Under the pieces are notes generated by a model. That model made no database searches. It was not told the origin of the DNA and was given only the letters and a program-made list of their open reading frames with translations. Below are positions 27,911 to 40,200 of a stretch of 64,000 nucleotides of DNA, one piece after another. The DNA is from the human T2T-CHM13v2.0 reference genome, Homo sapiens. Location of the stretch: NCBI RefSeq assembly GCF_009914755.1, contig NC_060938.1, one strand, 5' to 3'. Made by a program: the position numbers and the translations under genes. Positions within the stretch are counted from its first letter, which is position 1. The number at the start of each line of letters is the position of its first letter.

Positions 27911-29244
27911 GTTATCTTCTTTTTAAAGAGATGCCATATCCTTATTATCAGCAATAGAATCAGGATTTGAAAATAGTTCTTATGCTACATATGCATTTTT
28001 TATAATCATTCTTTCTATTATAATCTTTTTCAGAAAGGGTGAAGGGGTAAGGATTATGTTTCATACTTTGTGAAATTCTGTGCTCTATAAGCATTTTTAT
28101 TTTTTGTCCATAATAGATGATGGTACAAAGTAACTCAAAACTAGAGTGTATAAACATAAAAAATACAAGTTTTCATATCCAAGCTGTGGATAAGATATTC
28201 AAATATAAAAAAGATTGTGAATTTGTTTTAAAAAGTCTTCTAATTTTGTAAAAAGAACTAAGATAATTGTCCACTAATCACTCATTAAATCTCCTCCTTA
28301 GTTCTACTTCCACAAAAGCTATTACCATCTATGATTAATTTGGATTTCAGAGGAAGAAAATACAGTTTGAGGAAAATGGATTGTTGGAGCAATCTCAATG
28401 TTAACTACATAAAATAGCTTATTACTTGAAAAATGAGGATATTGTATGAATTTTCGCAAGTCAATTGGTAGCAAAAACGACATTTAAGTGATTGTAAATA
28501 TGTCATATATAAAACTATCTTGTAAAGATGTTACAGAGATATTATATGTTACTAGCTTCTGGATTCAGAAAAATAACTGGAACAGATTTAAGTTGGGTAA
28601 TTGTAGTGTGTCTAATAATTTTAATACAAGGTAAAAACATTTTCTGTTGAAAATCAGTTTTAATATTGTTTGGTTTTATTTATATTTTGAAAATTTAAGG
28701 ATTCTTGAATATTCTTAAGTAAATTGCAATTTAATGCAATTGTAGTTATACTCAGTAATATAGTTACACTTGATTAAAGCCATTATAAAGGAAATGTAAT
28801 CCCATACTGATTATCTTCACATTTCTTTTGGTTAAAGATCAGTCTGTTTCATTGAGATAACAGTTCAGGAGAAAAGTTATTGACTACATGTATCTATAGT
28901 ATTGTCTAAGCAACAGGAGTTTAGTTTGCATGTTTTTTATTTTTGAGAGTACATCAACGTAATGAAATGTATTTAAAATTGTACCCATATATACATAATG
29001 ATATATATATATATTTATGTTTTACAGCAGTGTTTTTCCTTGGAGATGATTCAATCAAATTGCAGAAGAGACACTTCTAATTAATTATTGGGAAGTACAA
29101 GCTAGGATTATTGTTTTCCTGAACGTTTGTGACTAGCAGTGATCTCTTACAGACGTGGGGGTCTGGACACTTGGACCTTAAATTGGAAATGGTTAAAAAA
29201 TTGTTATCCAAAGAATGACAATGGTTTGTTTGCCAAGTCTTTTT

Positions 29245-29541
29245 GTTTTGTTGTGTTTTGTTTTTTGAGACGGAATCTGTCACCCAGACTTGAGTGCAGT
29301 GGCGTGATCTCGGCTCACTCTAACGTCCACCTCCTGGGTTCAAGCAATTCTCCAGCCTCAGCCTCCTGAGTAGCTGGGATTACAGGCAACCGCCATCATG
29401 CCCAGCTAATTTTGTATTTTTAGTAGAGATGGTGTTTCACTATGTTGGTCAGGCTAGTCTTGAACTCCTGACCTCAATGAATCCATCTGCCTCAGCCTCC
29501 CAAAGCGCTGGGATTACAGGTGTATGCCACTGCGCCCAGCT
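29245..29541 (-). mobile_element. AluSx/Sq-like
   Basis: Antisense dimer; TSD GCC(A/G)AGTCTTTTT. Confidence 0.92.
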
Positions 29542-29622
29542 GCCGAGTCTTTTTAATGTTAGTATTGCTGTTGAATATATCTGGTGTTTTCATTCAAGAA
29601 AATACTTAAAAGCCATTTTAGG

Positions 29623-29922
29623 GGCCGGGCGCGGTGGCTCACACCTGTAATCCCTGCATTTTGGGAGGCTGAGGCAGGTGGATCATAAGGTCAAGAGATT
29701 AAGACCATCCTGGCTAACACAGTGAAACCTCGTTTCTACTAAAAAAATACAACAAATTAGCCGGGCTTGGTGGTGGGCACCTGTAGTCCCAGCTACTCAG
29801 GAGGCTGAGGCAGGAGAATGGCATGAACTTGGGAGGTGGAGCTTGCAGTGAGCCAAGATTGTGCCACTGCACTCCAGCCTGGGTGATAGAGTGAGACTCC
29901 GTCTCAAAAAGAAAAAAAAAAA
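29623..29922 (+). mobile_element. AluY-like, no evident TSD
   Basis: ATCCTGGCTAACAC and GAATGGCATGAAC...GGAGCTTGCAGT. Confidence 0.92.
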
Positions 29923-30796
29923 TCAACACCTAAAAATTTACTTTCTTCTAGTCAATTTATTTCGATGTGCATCATAAATTAATAACAAAAGGGGTAGATA
30001 TTTTATTGAGCTATGGTTCCTGAATCAAAACCACAATCTGGAGGTTTCCGTCTCTTCATAAAAGAAGTTAAAACTCAGTGCATGTTGCTAGACGTCATTT
30101 AAATGATCTTCATTCTTCTCTGTCCAAGAGCAATGTGTGAAGTATTAGGCCAGAAAGAGAGATATAAATAATCTTTTCCCATGCACCCCATGCTGGTCAC
30201 AGAAGCTGGCTCTTTAAAGTTTGAGTAACTGTCACTTTGTCAGGCATGGTTATAAAGTTTCCAGAAAGAACTAGTAAGGAGCATTAATATAAGATTTCCC
30301 CAGATGCCAATTTTGTTTTCTGCTATATCTCACTCCTCTTTGAATTTCCTCATACAATTTTCCATTTAAAATGGAGAATTCAGCTTTCTTGATCCTATAA
30401 TAAACACATTTGTCTTTATTTGATACAACTTCTCTTGGCAAGCATATTGATTTTTTTCTTTTACAAATAGTCTGGCATTTTATAAAAAGACACATTAAAA
30501 TATCTTTATGGATAGGCAGATGATCTGATATCTGAGCTTTAGCAGTTAACTCTTTAATATTTAATGTATATCATTCAACAGGTATTATCCACTTCCTACT
30601 TGGAAATTAAACACTTTTCTGCTACATATCTCATCTCAATTAATAAATCTAATTGTGCATGCTAAGGTTTATTACTTGCAACACTCCTTTAACAAGTACA
30701 ACTGACTCAGGAACATATGGTAAAAATACTACTTAACTCTCTTAATAATTAGCTTATAACCAGTGTGAGCAAGTAAATATTTGAGAATCATCTCTC

Positions 30797-31102
30797 CACC
30801 GGGCGCCGTGGCTCACACCTGTAATCCCAGCACTTTGGGAGGCTGAGGCGGGTGGATAACGAGGTCAGGAGATCGAGACCATCCTGGCTAACACGGTGAA
30901 ACCCCATCTCTACTAAAAACACACACAAAAAATTAGTCGGGCATGGTGGCGGGTGCCTGCAATCCCGGCTACTCAGGAGGCTGGGGCAGGAGAATGGCGT
31001 GAACACGGGAGGCGGAGCTTGCAATGAGCCGAGACTGCGCCACTGCACTCCAGCCTGGGCGACAGAGCGAGACTCCATCTCAGAAAAAAAAAAAAAAAAA
31101 AA
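30797..31102 (+). mobile_element. AluY
   Basis: CpG-rich Y diagnostics; TSD AGAAT(C/T)ATCTCTC. Confidence 0.95.
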
Positions 31103-32464
31103 GAATTATCTCTCAAAAAAGTTTTATATGCAACTTTTTAAATGTTTTACTAATATAAAGACGCAGAGCATATAACACACAAGTAATAAAATATTAGTTC
31201 CCTTTTCAGGGGGAGTTTTTGTTAATTTTTGCCAAACTCTTAAATCCATAGATAACTGACTGCAATCAGCAAATGAATAGAGTTTCAATATGAATATTGG
31301 TTACTATTTTTATGTACATTAGTGGTAAGATAGAAGTAAAATTAATTAAAACCTTTACTTGTTCACCAATGATAGAATCACTTTTCTGAGAATCATGAAT
31401 ATTTAATACAAGGATATGTCCTTGTATGTTGGGGCTGTTCGCAATGTAATGGTTACAGACACAATTTAAAAAATAATTTGCATTATTAGAATACTTTTAT
31501 TCATTCTTCATTTTTACTTTTATTAATTACTTTTATTAATTCTACACAATCAAAATATTAAATCTAACCCTGATATGCGGTGTTAATTTTCATGCTGTAA
31601 ATATTCTCTTCATGACGGAATTACAAGGTACAACCTAAGGCCACTAATAGGGAGCTGGAGAGATGCACATTAGCTTGCCATTATATAATGTTGCCATGAT
31701 ACAAACGTCATCTATGTAAGTATTTTTGGTAGCATAAATCACAGCAAAATATAGCAAAATACTTAGGAAGTGATGAATTTAAGTAATTTATTTTCCTTAT
31801 TTTTAATATAATTTAATTATAAATTAACATGTTTATTTTAATAATTTCTGTGTCTAAAAATGACCTCAAAAAATTTCTAAAAATTTAATAGTTGGATCTC
31901 ACAAGTTGATATGAGATAGCTCTCAAACACAATTGTGTATAACTAAAAAGTCTAGAATTATAGTTAATTTTAGAGTCAGGAAATAAAATGATGTGGTCAG
32001 AATTTTATTTCTCTTATCTAGGGAACAGCTAAGATTTAATTTTATGTCTAGATTGGGTCACATGTTCATATCTGGACAAATCAATTACAACCATCCAGTT
32101 GGAATCCCCTGGTCAGAACTGGGTCATGGACAAATTCTAGAATTTACAGATTTACTAGGTGCACCTAAACCTCGTTGATTCAAACTTGAAAACATTATTC
32201 CATCAAAGAAAACTGGCGAAAAGAATTGCTAAACATTTATTGCATACTCTTTCCAAAAATATATACCTACAGTATAAAATACTAACTAGTAATGAGAATG
32301 TTTATTGAAAATTTACTATATTTCAAACACTCTGCTAAAAACTTTTACATATTATCTCATTAGATAAAATAATACAACTTTATCATTCATATTATTTATC
32401 TCCATTTTAAATATAATTAAGTCTCTAGTTATATCTTCCTATTTAAGATCACGTATGGAAAGTA

Positions 32465-32524
32465 TTAGCATGGTGCAAAAGCAATTGCGGTTTTGCCACT
32501 AAAAGCAATGGCAGATTACTTTTA
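32465..32524 (+). mobile_element. MADE1 (Hsmar1-derived MITE), right end deleted
   Basis: TTAGCATGGTGCAAAAGCAATTGCGGTTTTGCCACTAAAAGCAATGGCA resembles the MADE1 TIR TTAGGTTGGTGCAAAAGTAATTGCGGTT. Confidence 0.8.
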
Positions 32525-35500
32525 CTTGTAACGGTAGATTGTAACGTGTTAAAATCTGTATTCCAATCTTGACTCCAAAACTTGCATTTTACATATAGAA
32601 TGCAGCACTCCTAGTGAACCCCACATTCTCATCATTAAAAGTCCATTCACTTTTGTTCATGGCACTTTCGATCATAGTGTCATAGAATATTTTAGCTGCA
32701 GAACAAAGCTACCCATTGCCTAGAACATGAAAATAAGTGGGAGGTACTGTCAATCTAGGATGAAAACAGTAGAACATGGTTCTAATGTAGGAAGAATGTC
32801 TTCTTTAGGAGATCAATAAATAGTTGATCAGACAGAAACATGTGATTGACTAAGTCTGAATAATGAAAAAAGAGAAAACTAGAGTGGCAAGTAATGAGCT
32901 GAAGCTGGGGACACATGAAAAAGTAGTAGAAAAAACTTCCCGAAGGAAAAGTTGCAAATGCCTTTATTTTTGTTTATTTTAGGTCTATATGGCTCGATTA
33001 AGCTTTTCTTCCCAAATCCATATATTCCAGGTAGATACAATGAACTTCATTAGATTTGCTTCCAACAGTTTGTAGTCATTGTTTAATTGGGGATTTTTCT
33101 GCTACTCCAAATATCATATGGAATCCCAGTCATCTCTTAGTGTCTTTTTTAAAAATGAATTTGCCAATATTTTATAGGTAATACAAGTCCAGAATAGTAA
33201 AATTATCCAATAAAAGCAAGCCAACTAATCAATTAATCTGAAAATAAAATTGTCTCCTGAAATTCTACTATGTAGGGGTCATTGCTGTTAAACATTAGGG
33301 CCCTCCACTATTGTGGGGCCAATTTAGTTCTATACACTTTCTGATACTCTCAACCGTGTCACTACAACATGTATCCCTTGTCCTGAACACGAAGTCTTTT
33401 TCTGGTTCTTCTACTCCCTCAAATTCTTAAAATTAGACCCAATATTGTCTGAAGGAAGAACTTGGGGCTGGGAATTAGGATGTTATCAATGAAAATGATG
33501 TAATCTAAAGGACACTGGATATCTTTAGATACATATTAACAGATGAAATATGGCTAGCAACATAGAAGCATAAGACATTGTGAACAGAAAAGAAGAAGAT
33601 GAAATTATCTAAAATCGGAAGTATAAAAAAATCAAGGACATCGGAAGTCAGTCTAGGGGAGCAAAGTTTACTCTATTTTTTAAATAATAATTTTCTTTCA
33701 TTTAATAATATATTCTTTAGAAATTACAAGGCTAGGTATTAAAACTTGTGATATCAGTGTGCTCAAATTATGTCTACCTATTGGAGATTATCACTTCTAT
33801 CTTTTCAATTTATGTTTTAGAAAAATTACTTGTTCCTGTTTAAATGTATATTCATCCCAATATAAAATACACAAATAAAATGATGTAGTAGACTCAATAC
33901 TTTAAGAAAAAAACTTAAATTCTAACATTCTGTAGTTCTTCCACATCTCATTTGTAAAACAAGTAACTGGTTTTTAAATTAATGCCCCATAAACAGGTTA
34001 AATTTATTTTTAAATTTGCCCTGCAGAGAAAGGGGTTGTAGCATTTTATTTTCAACTTATAAAATCAATCTAGATATTGAAATAACCTTGTCATTGGCAG
34101 ATATTCTAACAGATGATCTAAACACTAATTTTTGCCTATGACTTATAGCAATTTTTGATTTGAATCTGTAGGACCTAAAATACTTTTTACTCTGAACACG
34201 TCACCAAACAGTGCAAGACTTTAAGCTAAAAGTAGCTAGGAAATGTACAGGGACTCTTAAGGTGTTTGAAACAAAGATTTTATGAGGCTTATCCTCTGCT
34301 GAAAGAAAAAAAATCATTTCTTCATTTCCGATAATGTCAGAATAGATAGGCCATTGTTGCACACATAACTGAGTCTGACTGTAAGAATGAATTATGCCAG
34401 GTGAAATCCTCTAAATGCTTACTTAACGCTATAGGATGAAAATTTACAAGCAAGAAAAGTTGCAAAGGAAGCCTCGGGGAAAGGAAGAGAGTATCAACAT
34501 CACAATGAAATCTGCATTTGCCATTTTAAGTCAGTTAGTGTAACAGGAATTAGAGAAGCCTGCTGTATTTAAAAATCATCTTTTGCCCTTGTGTGCATGT
34601 GTTTCAGCATTGAAATAATCAGTCGTCTTTCAAATATGATTTGATAGCATAATTAAAGTACCCCACTAGCACAACTTTCGAAGCTAAGCTTTTCCTTTTT
34701 CTAGTGCACTTAGAAATTTTTTCACTTGTGTTTGATAGCCCAGACCAATTGACTTAGAATTCCCTGCCTGATATTGTAAAGAATTTACTTCTATTTATGT
34801 CTTTTAACACATAAAATGTTCTAAACTGTCACATCTAATTATGGTAGCATGTAGGCAATGAAGCCTAACAGGACATCTGACTAAACTAGATGTGCCATGT
34901 TAGTATCACAATACATCAAATTTGATATAATGCCCTTTTTTCACTTTATATTATAAAATATTTGATTTTGCTTTTTCATATTTTTTGCTTTTAGATTCAG
35001 TAATATATAAAAATATCAAGTTTTAAAATTTAGTGAACCCAAGACCTAACGCCTTGAAGTAATTAACAAATAAGACGACATGTCTTTGCCTGTGCATATG
35101 CATGTAAACATATTTATGAATACAGTCATGTTGGAGGGCGTGATTTACACAGCATCTTTTAGATATTCAGAGGGTACTTTGGAGCAGCCTATACTTTTGA
35201 TTTTTAGCAATGTTCTTGCAAATCAGTCATTCAATTCTACTGGAATGAGATTTAAACAGTCCAAGTATGGCTGTGTATTCATATGCTTCTCCTTGTGTCC
35301 CTCTCCCCTCCCACCACCCCAAGGCTCTGGTAAAGACATTTTTGTTTTTGTTCTCCAGACTCCTTATATAGGTCTAATCTATTACTCTTTATTCACCAAT
35401 GTCTGTATATTGCAGTGACTAATTTCTTATTATTCCTCTACCGAGACTCTTCTGCAAAATTCTTGGGAAAATGAATTCATTAAGTCTTCTTACATTCTGG

Positions 35501-36257
35501 TTGCAGTTTATGGTTGGCCCTTAGATTTTGGGAGTCAAGTATACCATTCACAGCCTAGAGAGACAAACATGATAGCAGTTGTTTTCTTTTGGATAAAGGA
35601 GTTAAGATTTCTTCCATATAAACAGTTGGGGAAAAAGCAGATATATTTATTAGGCCTTATTTAAGAGTTTATTGATTCTGTTTAAGAAAATCATTAAAAA
35701 CATCAAAAAAAAAAAAACAGTGTGGAAGGAACTTTCAATGCTGAACATTGAACATTGAAACTTGAATGTTAAAGCATGAACATTGGCTTTCAAACACACC
35801 AACAAAACAATTATATATATGTAACTTTCACTGTATGAATTTACATGCCAATTTGTAGATGTCTCTTTGTAGAAAAGAAAACATGAAAGATTAATATATT
35901 GTTTTATAGGCCATTAACAAGTGCTGTATTTTATCTAGCAGTCTTATTTTAACATTTCTTCCCACATTATATGCCAGTTCCACAAAATGTATTTTAAACC
36001 AGTTTTACCTTCTTTTCGGTTCCTTCGTTAATGAGTTCTATATAGTCTTAAAATATGTTTATCCTAGGTTTGTGTGAGAATCATCTTTTTAATATTAAAC
36101 TTCTAAATTTTGGTTATGTCCCAGATAAAAGATGAAAAGAAATGATCATACTTTTGAGGCATTTTTTTATTCCAATTAATGTCTGTAATAAATCTATTAA
36201 ATTTAGTTCAAGAAATATTTATGGAATGACTACTTATACAGGTAATGTGATAGCACC

Positions 36258-37010
36258 TGAAAGGGGAAAGGTTTCCTTGTCCACCTTGCAGGACATGTGA
36301 CAGGGGAAGTGGCTTGCTTCTTCAGTGCCCTGCTGCTCAGACCTCTCAGGGAGGATACAGATGGGCAGGCTGTGGGGCTCCGACCCCACGGCAGTGTCCG
36401 GGGGTGAATGTTTACAGCTCCTGAAGCCCCAGTGGGTGAGTGATATAGGGTGCTCTTTTAGTTTTGCCATCTATGGGCTTGTGTTAACCACCTCAGTTAC
36501 ACCCCCTACCATGTTGCAAGGACAGAGGGCTTTCTGTACCCCAGGTTCTTGCCTTGATGTACTGGAAGAATTGGCTCACACCTGAGCTTGGAGAATTAGT
36601 ACAAGGTTTTATTTAGTGGCAGTCTCTCTCAGCAGATGAGGTAGCCAGAAGGGAGACGGTTTTTCCCTGATGTGGGGCTGTGGAGCTTCTCCAACTGCTC
36701 TGGCCAAATTTTGCATCATTCTGCTGGCCGATGGCCTGCTGACCTGCTGTTATCTTCCACCTGCGTGCTCCTCTTGACATCCTCTTTACGTATAGCTGCT
36801 TGTGTGTCTGCCTGCTAGGGTCTCAGGGATTTTTACAGACACAGGATGGGGCATAGTGGCCGAGGGTGGTCTTAGGAAATGCAACATTTGGGCAGAAGGC
36901 AGGTGATGCCCTAGCCAGGGACCATGCCCTCCTTTACCCAGCACTTCCCTTCCCCACTTCTGCATCATTTAAAGGGACCATGACCTTCCCTTCCCAGCAC
37001 TCCCACGTCA
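36258..37010 (-). mobile_element. ERV1 solo LTR (LTR1 family)
   Basis: Minus strand begins TGACGTGGGAGTGCTGGGAAGGGAAG...GGTCCCTTTAAATGAT and ends CCCCTTTCA; near-TSD CACC/CAGC. Confidence 0.8.
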
Positions 37011-40000
37011 CAGCTACTCATAAAAAGTGGCTACCATCTGGTCGCTTCACTCCAAGAGATCCATATAAGAAAATTTAAAAGAAGATATAAAGATAATAAA
37101 TGATAAACATTTATAGATAGTCATAATAAAGTGGATCATAAGAAAGGTGAAATGCTGTAGAAACTGATTAAATAAAAATAACTTTATCTACAAATTCAGA
37201 GGATATCCCATTCCTACTAAAAATTAAGTACATATTCAACTTACGTTAAAAATGACACTGTAACCGCTCTTCTACTCTCGATGAAATCAACTTTTCTGTC
37301 AAAGTTAAAGGATGGTACTGTACAGCACTTCTCACCATATTTTTTCAACTTTTTTCTTTCTATTCTAACAACCCTTTAATTTTCTCAACATTCTTGGCTG
37401 ATGCCTCTTACTTAATGCCCCAAGTATTCAACAGTCAGCTACTTGGAACGTGACTGATATGGTGGATATGGATGTTTCCGCTGCCTTTAAGGACATCAAT
37501 TGTAACTGAACAGTAATCACAGACAAAAAGCCTTATGAGAAAATAACTAGTTCTCCACAATTTAACACTCTCAGTAAAAACCACCCATGACTTCATTATG
37601 TAACATTCTTTGTTTTGGTATAAATATGAAAAAAATCAGATTCATAACACATTTGTCTTGAATTTTTTTTGCTCATAAAGAAGAATTTTATCAGGAATGC
37701 TCACCACTTCTACTGCCTGAGCTTTCTATTAGGCATGATTTTAGATGCAAAAATGTTTCCTAAATGAGGTTTTATATTGATCTCCCATTATACTCAAGCA
37801 CTCCCTAACATAAAAAACCTCACAAGTACATAGTAAGTTTGAAGATAACAGATTTATAATTTTGATTTTCAATAAAAAGTACTTTATCCTATTTTACTTA
37901 GAAGAGAATAGCATATTTAGAAATGAAAAACAGTTTTCACTTTTTAATGCAACTAGTTAAAAATAGTTAACTTTATTTTGTAGTACTTAAGACAAAAATG
38001 ATATACTTGTAAATATTACAGATACATTTTTAAGTTGACAAAGTATTCTCAGCCATTTTAAGTTATAATCTGTCAAAGACAAAATATGCTACTACAGAGG
38101 ATCCAAGATGATAGGTCTGATCTGTCAGTCATGAGGGTTTATAACAAATAGTATAGATTGAAGCAGATCAAGCATGAAGTCCAAGAAAATCATCTAATGC
38201 TCTGTTGTGTTGGCAAATTCCAAAGGTGTGGAGATTATAAAATTAGAAAGAGGCAAGTGAATAGTTTGAGAGACAGTGGGCTCATCAATGGAGACATGAC
38301 ATAAACAACAGAATTACTTTACAAAAGGAAAATGGACATTTTTCAGAGACTATCATCCCACTTATAATTGCTTTAACTAGTGCACAAATGACTTCCTAAG
38401 ATGACAGGTATCAATCTTTCATCAACCTTTCTCTGCAGTGATGCATAGAACAGATGGTGTTAAGGTATCCAATGGAAGTGTCAAGGTCCATAACATAGGA
38501 TACAATAAAATAAAATCACTGCAATACTTATTCCACTGTTAGAAAAAAAGATAACAAAAAATAACATACCAGATTACTGGCGTTGAGGTTGAGCATGACT
38601 TTGCAAGAATGACCAGGGCCTAAAATATGCCTCCCATTTATTGCAATGGGTATTTATGAGGCCAAAACTCTGTTCATATATTAGAAAATGTGTTGGAGAA
38701 AAAAATGAGAAAAAGAGAGGTGTGGTCCCTCCCTGCTGTCACAAAGTTTAACTCAAGTAACGTGTACTCAAGCAAGCAAGCAACATAGCATATTGCAATA
38801 GTGTTTTAATAGGAAAATACAAGTTAACTGCAGCAGCATATTTAGGAGAAAACAATTTTCCAGGAAGGATTTTCAGAGACATAGTTATTACTCATCATAC
38901 TTAATACATACATACATTTATAATAGGTTCTACCTTTGTATACTACAATTCAAATGTACCAACTTATTTTCTTTAGTCTATACAAGTTTCTTTAGTCTAC
39001 ACGAGTTTATCTTGTCCCATTACTCCTATTATTTAAAAAAGAAGAAAAATACATACATACATATGCATATACACATCTATATGTATATGATAACTCTATC
39101 TCTACTGATTTAAAAATAGTTAATACTAATCAATTCAAATGTTCTCTCAAAGTCAACCAAAATTAATAGCCCATGCTCAGAAATCATATATAAATCTAAA
39201 GTCTTCACACTTACGCTGTACCTTCATGAATTTTTGTTTATGGAAATCAATATTTTATGCCAAAAATAGAATGCTTCTTAGACAATAATTGAAAGAAGGA
39301 AATTCATTGTATAACAGAAGATTAGCAGTTGATTGAGACAAAGAGATTGTTATATGATGAGTTAAAATGTTTAATTGTGTTTGGATCCTATATCAGAACT
39401 AATTTCCTCTCTTTTTAGGTTAGCATTGAGGTGAACCCCTTGATGATAAAGCCATGTCATCACCTGTTTTACTCTAAACAAAGACATTTATAAAAATGTT
39501 AAACCTGATTATATTTCATAGTATTAAGAAAGATTCTTGTGTAAGATTGTTATTAATTTTTACAATGCTTCTGATGTTAGCTGAGGTAAAATCAATTAGA
39601 ACAACCGTATCTTAGGAAAATAGAGTCAATGAGCAGAGATTATCACATATTTAAAGGAAATAAAGCAGATGAAAGCTGTTACTGAGGAACGAAGTAAAGA
39701 GAGTTTGAGACAGTGGAAGATGGAACAGGAAGAAAAAAATAAGATGGTGATATCGCTTAAAATCATTTTGGAAGAGTCATTTACACACTATGGATGAATA
39801 GCAATTTATTCCTGGAAAATGCTTGTTGCCCAGGTTGTGCAAATTGTCAGTTATGGATAGATTTAGTTATTGATCAATCATACTGCTTTCAAGAATTTTA
39901 ATCTGTTTTGATTTCTTAAAAAGTTCCCGTGTATATAAACAAAGTCCATTTACTTGATGGCATTATATTAACCTTAGGATATTTGGAGGACTTTGCATAC

Positions 40001-40128
40001 GTGGAGACAAGGGCATTCCAGATCTCAGATGTTTTCAGGACAACCCTCTCACCTAGTGAAACAGATTGTATGTTTTTTCCACTGTGGCTTGCTCCTATTT
40101 ATTTCTATTTCCTTCAGCCCAGAAAGGA

Positions 40129-40200
40129 TTATTGTAATATTGATATATTGATGTATTATTGATGTATAATTATGATATATTGATGTAATATTGATATATT
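40129..40200. repeat. Degenerate (TATTGATRTA)n short tandem repeat
   Basis: TATTGATATATTGATGTATTATTGATGTA... Confidence 0.7.
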
